A stretch of DNA of 64,000 nt, taken from assembly GCA_965113315.1 (NCBI GenBank), contig OZ220368.1; one strand, given 5' to 3'. The stretch comes from Podarcis vaucheri. Taxonomy: Eukaryota. The notes beneath the pieces are model-generated. The model was not told the DNA's origin and made no database searches. It saw only the letters and a program-made list of their open reading frames with translations. Each line of letters begins with the position of its first letter. The stretch's first letter is position 1. The position numbers and the translations under genes were made by a program. Below are positions 48,001 to 60,000 of this stretch, piece after piece.

Positions 48001-51000
48001 ACTTGTGCTGTGTGTACCACTGCATGGCTGTTTTGCCCGGCCTCTAGAAGGGCGTGTGTATTTGCTTTCAACCTCAATATCCTCATCAGCATGCTCGTTA
48101 ATTGTTATGAATTATCTGAAGCATGTGTTCAGAGTTTCGTATATGCATGGCTTTATATCAGCCTAAATGTGATCGCTGCTTTATGAATGGAGCTTGTTTG
48201 AAGAATCAGATCATAAACTGGCACCATAAAAATGGCTCAGTCAGAACATTTGATTTCCTTGATCTTACAGCCTGACATTCTGTCATTATCTCCTCTGTAC
48301 TATAATTCCCCAGTTAATAAATAACTGAGCCACTAATTCTCCAAACTTGGGCTTATTTGGCAATGTTGCTTCAGTCCGTATATTTTTTAAATCCGTGGTA
48401 GTAAAATAAGTAGAAAAGAGATTCAAGGTCTTAGCTTGCATTGGAGAGTCTTTTTATAGATAGAAAGAAGTCCCATAACTTAAATGCTTAGCTTTTAAGG
48501 TGAAGCTTTAGAAACACTCCCCTCCCTGTGTTTGGCTTTCTAATACTGGAAGAGATGGGATGTGTTTTTGAGTAGGTGAAGAAAGACTCAACAAAACAAG
48601 ACGTCTTTGAGTGTAGAGAGGGGATTTTAATGAGCCTCTTGGTTTACATTTTTTATTGCCTGCTTAGATATAGATTGTCTATTTTACTGATCACTTACTT
48701 TTATATTACTTGTTTTACCTGTTTTAAAAATATGTTGATTCAGTGGGTATTTTCTTACGAATATTTTAAATTATTTATGTAATCCACTTAGTTTTCTGAT
48801 TAAGTGGTATATAAATCTTGATGAACAAATAAAACATTATTTTAGTTTTATTGATTTTCTTCGTCTTTAAGGATGTTTGTGTTTCTGCCTTGGGACCATT
48901 TGGTAAAACCTCAGAAATAAATAATGAAACACTAGTTTTCCAAAGTAACTCTCTCAATCACATTTGCTAATTCTTAGCATTCTTGGACTGTACCGTGTCT
49001 CTCTCTGTGTATAAAATGTCTGCTGAAACTTCCGTAGCTAGAGTGTGTGCTGATTATGATTTGTGTGACGTCTTGAGTGTGTCCTGCATAGCTTATTTTC
49101 CCTTCCCTTGGAGCACAATAATCTAAGTAGAAAAGGACATTCCACTGACTACTTAAATGCCAGAACTGTCATTCTGAAAGGCATAGCAGTTATTGGAAGC
49201 AAATACCATGCAGAAAACTCCCTGAGAGATTTGTTGTTGCAATAGAATATAGTATTTCTCCTCAAGCTAGGGAATGTCATATGCCTCCAGTCTTCACTGG
49301 GTGAATACTACAATTCAGCTCCAAAGGACTGCGTTAGGTATTTGTAAAGAGTTGGGTGCACCCAGTGGATTTAATTGCTGCTTCTTCCCTTTTAGTTGCA
49401 GCTCCTGTGCTAGACTGCAGACCACTTTTGAAAACTGACCTTTATAAAAGGAGCTTTCCATGTGGCGTTGGGTTGGGTAGGAAGTCTGCGGTTGGCAAAC
49501 CCAGGCACAATACTCCACTCAGGCACGCAGATATTCTCTGGGTTAATAATGGCCTGAAACTGGAAAAGCTGAAAATGGGAAAATAACATTGGGCTTGTAT
49601 TTTGAAAATGTATTTTATAAAGCTCTGAACTTTATTGCCAGTTTTTACAGGTTGCCTGCAAGTAATTTCATGTAGACACCAAAATTAACCTCTCCCATGC
49701 ATAATGTGCATCTTTCAGAACTGCTAGCTGTTTCCCCGTAGATTTTTCAGACAGGGGAATAACTCTGGAAAATCTCCTTGGCATGTCAGGCACTCGTGAT
49801 GAAAACTGTCCTTGAGCCTTCAGTTTAAACTGCTCCTGGGGGTTGAGTGGAGAAAATCATGTTTAATATTATGATACTAACCCTAGATACTGTGTGTGGC
49901 AGATTTGTTAGTGAGTCGGTGCAAAAGAAGCTTCTTCAATATCATTGTTCTTCTCTTAGATTAATGGCAGAGAACCAGATGATGAAAATCTCAATAAATC
50001 TGAAATAAGCCAAGTGTTTGAGATTGCACTTAAAAGGAACTTGCCTGTGAATTTTGAGGTAGGTTTAGTTAATTGCTCTAAAAGTGGTTTTACTTTAGAA
50101 TACTGAAGGTAGCACTACTTGGCAGGTGGGGGGAGATAATTTGGGGGGGAATACAGCTGGGCTTTAAAATCGTGTGTTAAAATATATCCTGATTCTCTTT
50201 CCATGGGTCCAGTAGTTTTGTTTCATAGCGGAAAGCCATTAAAAGGGGAATTATGAGAAGCTGTATGCTGGCAGCATTTAAATTCTTCCAATGTATTTGG
50301 AAGGAACGGCAGATGCCACTAATGTCATAAAATGTCGCAGATATATTTGCTTATGTGAGTGGGAGGGAGGGTGTCACTGATTTCCCCTTTGCTGCAGCCC
50401 CCACACTGTGTACCACCCCACTCCAAAGGTTCCTCCAGCCCTCAGAAGCCGATGTGCAGGTGCATGAGGGCTGCAGTGGAAAGGGACTTCATTGCAAGGG
50501 GAAGTCCATTCTTGGTAGTTGGATTCAGTGGGTAAGGCTATTGAAAGGATTAGAAGAATGGGCAAGTTGAATTATCCTGTTAGGAGAGTATAAATATCTA
50601 ATGTAATTTCTTTCTGTTTAAGAATGTACTGTCTTGCTGTTTGTTGTGTGTAGAGTGCAAGAAAAAAGAAAATTTATTCAGTACCAAATATGTCCCTTTG
50701 TTGCTTTATTATGAATTGATATTTGGATATTTGCTTAACGTTAAGCATGGATGCATGCCAAGGTTTATAGCCTTTTAATTTTTTTAAGTAAAAACTGCCA
50801 CAGACCTAAATATTTGTAGTTGGGACAAAACGTAGTGCCCCCAAAAGACTAACTTGGTACATACTGAATAAAATAAGACTTGCAAAGACTGTCTTTAGCA
50901 TGTAAAGTTTAGCTGGGTTTACATTTTTAACCTGCATGGGGTGGGGTAATGTACTGAGAGGCTTTTAAAATATAGCCACTTCCCACTTTATTAGGAATGT

Positions 51001-54000
51001 TGTTTAAATTAGCCTTGTTCTTCCCTAACCCCCCCCCCCAAATTGTAGTTTGTGAGTAAAGTGTGCTACAACCATTTTACCCTACCATTTTTAATAAATG
51101 TTTATCACGCTTTCACTCAGTTTTTCCCTCTGAAACAGGTGACCCGGGAGAGCGGTCCCCCTCATATGAAGAGCTTCGTAACGAAGGTATCTGTGGGAGA
51201 ATTCATGGGTGAGGGTGAAGGCAAGAGCAAGAAGATCTCAAAGAAGAACGCGGCCATAGCAGTCCTAGAGGAATTGAAGAAACTGCCCCCCCTTCCTACG
51301 GTTGAGAAAATGAAGCCGCGAATCAAAAAGAAAACAAAATCAATAGTCAAGGTGAGAGAAGTATGCGCTTGGCCAAACCTCAGCTGTTGTAAAAGGAAAT
51401 TCTTGATATGTTTAAGGAAGCTGTCTTGCACCATAGCAGACACCTCTGTCTGTGCCTGTAGTCATCGGAACTCTTTGTTCACTGTTGTTATGCCAAGCTA
51501 GTGGTGATTCTGTATCAGCAAGGAAGCACTTAACTTGTCTAAATGCCAGGACCTGTGCTGTGTGTTTGCTGCCATCTGTAATCCAAATGTTCTTGTGCAG
51601 ATGTTTTGGTGGAGGCTTGCATAGTAGGCATTCTTAGTGTATGAAGCATAGCATGCATGTTCAGCTTTCATGTAACAGCCTTGTGCAGAAATCAGGCATA
51701 GATTAATCTAATGAGCACAATTGGTGATGTAGTATATCATATCGCCTTTTTAAAAACAAACAAAAAAAAAGGTCCAGCACCATAGGGAGCATAGAGACAG
51801 TTCATTTGCACGTAAGTGGGTATCCCCCATCACCTGTGTTTCTAGACAACATGGACTGAAACCTCCAGAGACGCAAAAATTGTTTCAGTGTGATTTATTT
51901 CTGAAATAATTGTGATCATAACCTTATTACTGATGAACGCTGGAGGTTGTGATGCTGTAGATACCTTTCCCTGAGTCAGTTTGAGCTTCCTGTGTCTATG
52001 TACCATGTTTGCAGTTGATACTGGTTTGGTTTTGTTGTCTTCTTAAAGTGATTCAGAACAATTCTTCGCAACTGTGTCTGTAACTCTGCAACATGTACCA
52101 ATACTTCCTGAAAACCCAATAGCAAAGTTAACAGTTAAAAAACCACCAACCCAACACCACCCTATCTCCTGGAGTGTTTTCATGGGAATGTGATATATTG
52201 GAACTGCTCTTGCCAACTGTTGGCTGATTCTTGCTTTTTCTATCTAAGTTGCAGACAAGTCCCGAATACGGCCAAGGTATGAATCCCATTAGCAGACTGG
52301 CTCAAATACAGCAAGCGAAGAAAGAGAAGGAGCCAGAGTACATGCTCATCACAGAACGTGGACTTCCGAGGCGCAGGGAGTTCGTGATGCAGGTTTGTGT
52401 TGAGCTCAGCACTTTATCCAGGACAGGGCAGCCATGTAATTAATTGATTTATTTGAATTTATAAGCTGCTTTGGGCCACGAGGGCCCCTCCAAGCAAGAT
52501 TGCAATAAAACCACAATAGAATATCATAAAAAACCTCAAACAGTTCATATAAAAAATGCACGGCAGCAGTTTATCATGTATTAAATAATTGATCAAAGTT
52601 TCTCGGCCTGGCAGAGCAATATTTAAGGTGCTGCAAAGACATCTTTTACAATCGAGTGAGCCGGCTGAATTTCCTTGGGAAATAGAACGTAGGTGGTACC
52701 ACCAAATGAAACTCCTATTTTTTGGTTAGAGGGTAATCTTAATGCATATTGCTTTGGGTGCTACTGCCATCTATCTGGTAGATCTTAACACAGAAAGGGA
52801 GTGGGATGGGCATATATGTGGGAGCAGATGCACTTTTAAATATCACAGACCGAGTACTTCAAAGGTTTAAAATCAGCATAGATAGTGAATTGAATCCAGA
52901 AGCACACCTGGTAAATAATAATAATTTAATAATAATTTATTATTTATACCCCACCCATCTGGCTGAGTTTCCCCAGTGATGTTTTACCCACAATGATATT
53001 CATAGAAAATGGATGTCATGTTATCTCTGTGGGGAGAACCACACAAGATGTGGGACCAGATGACAGTTTCTGAACTATTCAAGGGAAGCCCCATGTAAAA
53101 TGCACTGCAGAAGCCAAGAGGCTATCACAAATGAGAGCCTTGCATTAGACAACCAACCTATGCTATGCAGAATGTACTTAGTCCTGGTCTAATTTCAACA
53201 CAGTGTATTACTATGGTGCTCACATAATTTCCTCCTTGCATCTGTTGCTGACCGAAAGCTACTGTTGCTTCTAGAAGCCGCTGCAGCAGAGCATGCTCAC
53301 TCTTTCTCTTTCCCCCAGCCAGCCCCTGTGATGCAGCTGTCTAGTGGTAGTGATAGGAGGAAGGGAAGAGTTCTCCATGGCCAGCCAGCAGCTTGCTTCG
53401 TCTGGTTTTTGCTGTCTTTATGTCATGGGGAACTTTTTTATTGGTGTGACAGCAGTACGGGATGATTTGAGTTCTATTTTCTCTTGCTGGGAGTGCATTG
53501 TCTTTGTGTCCCAATGTCTTATGGAGGTGAAGATAAGCAGGAAATAGCTGATGACTTCTTCCCTTGGCTACCGTAGGTTCATTTGACACTCCATCCCTAT
53601 CATGTCACCATACATTATTATATTCCATATTCCTCCTTAGCCCCCACTTGCTACCCCTTCTCCTTCTGCTGGCACAGTCCTCTGTTCTCTCCCTGGTTTG
53701 GATTTTCATATTCTTCAAGGTTCATAATTAGATCGGTGTGCTGTAATTTTAAAGTAGAATTCTGGGAAGCCTTGTCTGCTAGTCCATTCTCATAGAATCC
53801 TTTGGAAGCTCTGTGCTTTGTAAATGCAGAAACTACTTAGATGAGCAGCATGTTGCAATAGCAACGGGGAGCTGTTACAGGGGCTGAAGAACGTTGAGAT
53901 CATTGCAAAGCACAAAATCGATTGCCACATGCATACTAATAGATTTCTAATCATGTTATCTTGATACTATACTCTGGACACTTCCAGAATCCAAACTTAT

Positions 54001-57000
54001 TTGGGGCGTTAAAACAAAAATAAAAGCCAGGGGGAAAGTCTTGGGGCATGAATTGCCTGCTTTGTGTGTCAGAGCCTGCAGTCAGTGGCATGGAGGCCCC
54101 ATAACTTGGCTATCCTCCAAGGCCATATTTGGACAGATACGTTACTAATGATCATCGGCGTTTAGTTTCCCCTTCCTACATAAAGAGATACTTGTTCTAA
54201 TAATCCATTTCTCCATACTTCTAGGTGAAAGTTGGCATGCACACAGCTGAAGGAATGGGAACTAACAAGAAGGTAGCAAAGCGTAATGCAGCTGAAAACA
54301 TGCTGGAGCTCTTAGGATTCAAAGTCCCTCAACCACAACCCCCAAAGCCAGCACTAAAAACAGAAGAAAAGGTAAGACATCTTAAATGATGGGCTGTGCA
54401 AGTTCAGATGGGGACTTGTGTGCTGAAGATTATCCAGACTGTAAAATTCACAGGTGTGGGGTTGTTGTCCTGGGGCCGACAGGGTGGTTGTAAACTGGGT
54501 CATTTAGACCAGGCATGTCCAATGGGTAGATCACTGCCATTTTTTTAAATAGTGGGAGTAGATCACAGTCTCTTGGGAGTTGGACGTGTCTGATTTAGGC
54601 AACTTCAGTTTCTTGACTCGGTTGTAGGCATGATCTTGCTTACCTTATAAAATCCATTTTTTTCTGTGTCAATAATACGTGCTGAATCCCAAATATAGTC
54701 CTTTATTAAGGTCCTGCATTTCTTGCAATTCTATAGCGTGCATTGTTACCGAAACGAGTCTAAACCAGTGTTTCCCAAACTTGGGTCTCCAGCTGTTTTT
54801 GGACTACAACTCCCATCACCCCTAGCTAGCAGGGCCAGTGGCCAATGATGATGGGAATTATAGTCCAAAAACAGCTGGAGACCCAAGTTTGGGAAACACT
54901 GGTCTAAAAGCTTAAGGTCAATGTGTAAGAAGCATCATAAGGAGAGAGAAACCATGAGCAGTGCACTTTCGTTTGCCGTACTGTGTGGCTTTTATTACCT
55001 TATTAAGACGCTTTGAACAGTGAGGTTGTTATTGTAGCATCTTAGCCCCCTGTCGTTGTACAGATGGACTAGTGCATATCCGCTATGGATATGGACACAT
55101 TTCAGCAGGCCCCTTGGAGTGAAACAAAATGCTTGCGCCAACATTGCTGATGACCTAGTGTTCCATCAGGTGGCAATGAGGGCAAGTCTCATCTCTTAGG
55201 TTCAGAGGGATGGCCCTGGTTTGTTGATTTTTGCTTTTGGGGTGGTGTAAGAACAAAGTGGTGTAGCCTTTGTTTAGAAAGGTTGTTAGAAACGCTCAAC
55301 TCTTCAGCGCAGTGGCATAACAACTCCAAATAACTCTCTTTTGTGCTAGACGCCAGTAAAGAAGCCAGGTGATGGAAGAAAAGTAACGTTTTTTGAGCCT
55401 GGCTCTGAAGAAACATCTGCTAGTAAGTGACCTTCATTTCATTCTTCTTTTACTTTATTTTATTGGTATGATGGCTGTACCACAGCAGATGACATTCCGT
55501 GATTTCAAGAATTGAAGGTCAGTTAGGGCATACTATTTGGTTGATAGTTACTAGGCATTAAATAGGTATAATGGGTCACCCAGGTAGACCAGGGGACACT
55601 AGGGCTTGGCGATATCTGGTTTTCAACAGTGTGATGTTTCAGCAGCTAAACATCACAATATACCAATATATCACGATGTCCGAAATAAGTATGGAGCTAT
55701 TTAGAGTCATTGGCTGGTTTCAGTTTTTCCTGCATCGTGATTTTTGCCGGCACCTGCTCTTGTGATTCGCTGCCCCCTCCCTGCATGAGGCAGGGGGAGA
55801 ACTGAAATGGCAGAGTTAACAGGGCTGCAGGAATCGAGAGAAGCTTTGGGTGGCTTTATAGTTTTCCCCACCTTGTGATTTTTGCATAGCATGCACACGC
55901 ATCTGTGAAAATAAGTTTGCTGGCCCAATAATATAAAGTAAATAAGGGTTTGACCATTTGTTTATTTCCCAAGGCATATTTCCAGAGCAATGCATGCGCA
56001 AAGGGTGATGCAAGATTATTATTATTTTTAACCCACTCTGATAAAACTAAAATACTGATTTATTTATTTTTCTATTTGGAAAAGACTTTCAAAGTTTCGG
56101 CTCATATCAGGCATTGCTTGGGACATTAGACTTATTTTTTGCAAAGTGCTTTGGGAAAAGCCATGTGAAATCATTATCAGAATAAAACACATTAGACCCA
56201 GAAGGAATGTTACCATCTTGCTGAAGGCCAGGATGGGGCTTGCATTTCAGAAGCTATTTTGGATTTTGTGCTCTGTGATCTGCCATTTTGTGTATGACCA
56301 GACCCTTGCCAATTAATGAAACTTTTTTTGTTTGTTCTGTCTCGTTACTAGGTAATAAAGAGGATGAGTTCAGGATGCCTTATCTCAGCCATCAGCAGCT
56401 TCCTGCTGGCATTCTTCCCATGGTCCCTGAGGTTGCACAGGCTGTAGGAGTTAATCAAGGACACCACACCAAAGAGTTCAACAGGGCAGCCCCCAATCCT
56501 GCCATGGCTACTGTGACAGCTATGATTGCTAGAGAGCTATTATACGGTGGCACTTCTCCTACCGCTGAGACCATTTTAAAAAACAGCTCCTCGGGCCATG
56601 TCCCCCACGGACCTCTCACTAGACCTTCCGAACAGTTGGACTACCTTTCCGGTGTTCAGGGAATCCAGGTAAATTGGTTGCAAGCGGCGTAATTCAAGGT
56701 GTCTCTTCATAGGATTTGACTTGCTCAATAAAAACCTTGTTTCACAAAACCACCAATTCATGCATGTCAGCCTTCTGCCTAAGACAGAAAGTTTCCTATG
56801 TTTTTGGAGTTATTGTTGAAAACCAATATGTTACATTTTTAAAAATGGAACGTTTCCCAGCTAGTATGCAACTTGAAGGCTGTTCCTATGGGTTTTTTGA
56901 GCGTTGTCTTTTTTCTCACTCAACAAAAACATAGCCCTGTCCATCAGACACTGCACTTAAATAACTTCTGTTCATCTCTGTATGGCTTGCACCAGAGCCT

Positions 57001-60000
57001 CTTCTCTTTGAAGAAGAAGAAGAAGAAGGCTCATGCAGTTGAAGTGTATGTCTGAATTTCTACCTTGGAGACATTTAGATTCAGCATACATTTTGACTGG
57101 TTTTCCATTCTTACATGTGTACCAATCAACACGATCAGGATATTTTTGCAATTGACTTTTTCTGGGCTAGGCTCCCCTGCAGGTGAGAGCTTCCCCCAGT
57201 TTTAGAATGTTGCTGAGGAAGCAATCTCCTTGCATATAGGGAAGTAGCATACTCCTTGAGATGCTCAATAAAAGCTCTTCCTGGTGTACCACTTTCCTAC
57301 ATTTAGAGGACCATTTTAACAAGTAGCAATTCACATGAGTAGAGTGAAAGTTTAGCCCACCTCCAGTTCTCCATCACATGCAGAACACCTGAAAGATAGA
57401 TGAGGTTTTTCTTTTCTTTTTTCTGCGTTTTGGAGTAGACAAGAACAGGGATCTTTTTCTGTCTGGGAGAAGCTCCTGCTTGTTACCATATCAATGTTGC
57501 AGCGCTAATGAGAGTTCTGGGGAGCAAATAAGAGCTTGCTTAGAGGGTTGGGGGACACCTGTTTGGAAATAATTCAAACTTTCTTTTTCTTAGGTTGAAT
57601 ACAAAGATTTCCCCAAAAACAACAAGAACGAATTTGTGTCTCTTATAAATTGTTCCGCTCAGCCGCCACTGATCAGCCATGGAATTGGAAAAGATGTTGA
57701 ATCTTGCCACGATATGGTAAGAGAACGTGGAGCTGATTTTATATAAATGAATTGTGGACCAGTCATTAACTTCCTCCAATGTGATCACTTAAACATTCAG
57801 ATGGATGGGAGTCTAGATTAGGCATCTTCAGGTTTTTTCTCCTTGGGTCCAAGAGAAACCCATTGGAGTGATGACAAATGTTGACTAATGGAGGACAGTT
57901 TGTGTCTGTTGCTGCTCTACTTGAGGGAGCCAGTGTGAATTAGGAACCAGCACACTTTCCCATTAAACAACAGTATATCTTCACTGAGCCAGCTGCTTTT
58001 AAACTCTCTGAGCTGCACCATCCTAGTAGATTTCACTGCTCAAATTTTTCATGCTGGCGTGTCTTACAAAAGAGAAACCTACAGTGATGCAAAGATTTTT
58101 GTCATAGAAGCCCTGACTTCAGTCCTAGTTTCAGAGTTCTGAGTCAGCCAGAACTTGAGGCTACAAACAGGGCATTCTTCCCATGCTGAGCCCAGGTTCT
58201 CACATATACAGTGGTGCCTCGCAAGACGAAAAGAATCCGTTCTGTGATTCTCTTCGTCTAGCGGTTTTTTTGTCTTGCGAAGCAAGCCCATTGAAGGATT
58301 AGCACTATTAGCGGCTTTCAGCAGCTTATCGGATCAGCTGATAAACGGCTTGGCGGCTTAGAAAGGGGGGGGAGGGGAAAAACCCGCAGGAACTCGCAAG
58401 ACATTTTCGTCTTGCGAAGCAAGCCCATAGGAGATTCGTTTTGCGAAGCACCTCCAAAACGGAAAACTCTTTCGTCTAGCGAGTTTTCCGTCTTGCGAGG
58501 CATTCGTCTTGCGGGGCACCACTGTACATACCTAACTTGCCCAGTTTGTCCATGAAAAATGATCTTCATTCTGTGCAGCTTGGAAATGGGAAAATGGCAA
58601 GTCTGCTAATTGAGGCCACGGAAATCCTGTATGGAATTAATCATTTTCATTTCTGTGTGCATGACCAACTTTAGCAGAGTGTTGAGTGTTTTTAATGCAC
58701 ACATTGCCCAGTATTCTTCCAGCCATTTATCATAACATGCATCCATTATTTATTTATGAGCATTGATAAATCACCTAACATTTCAAAAATATCCCAAGTG
58801 GCATACAGTCTAAATAAAAAGAAGAAATCATTGAAACAAAAATGCAACCTAAAACCAGTAATATAAAAGTTTAATTCAGTGACTTCAGACACGTAAAACA
58901 TCCATGTTATATTTAATTCAATCTTTTCCTTCTCCAGGCTGCATTAAACATCTTAAAATTGCTGTCTGAGTTGGACCAACAAAGTACAGAGATGCCAAGA
59001 ACAGGAAATGGACCAATGTCTGTGTGAGTGAAAATGATCTTTTCTAGCGTTTACCTCCTTTTTTTACTAAACAAAAAACAAAAACCCAGCCACAACGTTC
59101 TAACCGTTTCACAGAAATATCATTTGCCTTTAGAGAAGTATTTGTTTACATGGAGAGTTATAAAAAACAACCTTGTATCACATTGGCAGATGAGTGGGAG
59201 AGCAGGTTTATGCCCAGCCGTTGTCCATTTAGTATCACACAGCTAGTCTAGTTTCAGTTTCTTCCAACAACATGTCCTGTCGTTCATGTTTCTTTGAGGT
59301 TTTGAATGTGTTGCTGTAAGCAGAACATCATTAACTGTACCCATTCTCAGGGCGTGCTTTGCAGAGTTGTCTTAAATAAATAATAACTAAATAATTGTTT
59401 TTATTTATACCCCAGCCAGAGCAGCTAACACCAATAAAATTACAATAAAACATAAGGGGGGGGGAACAACCCCCCTAAAAAAACCCAGTTTATTAAAATA
59501 TGGTTAAAATACAATTTAAAATGCAGCCTCATTTTAATAGTAGCCCATAAATCAAAACCATAAGGGGAGGGAAACATAAGGGTCAGACTGAGTCCAAACC
59601 TGCGGAAAGATGTCAAGTCCTGCAGGGCCCTAGCCTCTTGTGACAGAGCGTTCCACCAAGTCGGGGCCAGTACTGAAAAGGCCCTGGCCATAGTTGAGAC
59701 CGATGTAACCACCTTGCGGCTTGGGACCTCCAAAGTGTTGTTATTTGTGGACCTTAAGCTCCTCCGTGGGGCATAGCAGGAGAGGCGGTCCCATAGGTAC
59801 GAGGGTCCTAGTCTTAAGCTAGCGGAGCAAATTTCTCTTGCCAGCAGTAGCTTAATTGCATTACTGGCAGCGCATTTAAAGTCAATGGATAAATGCGACA
59901 GTGGGAGTTTGCTATTTCAAAGGAAATGTGCCTCTTGGCATGAGTTTGAAAGTGCCACAATTCTGGCTGAGAGATCCATAATCCCAAGCATGGTTCCTTT

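Noticed and set aside
47971-48124. Possible C/D-box snoRNA (ATGATAG ... CTGA with short terminal stem)
   Set aside because: C box deviates from RTGATGA at two positions and I recognise no rRNA-complementary guide; the RBFOX/splice reading fits better.
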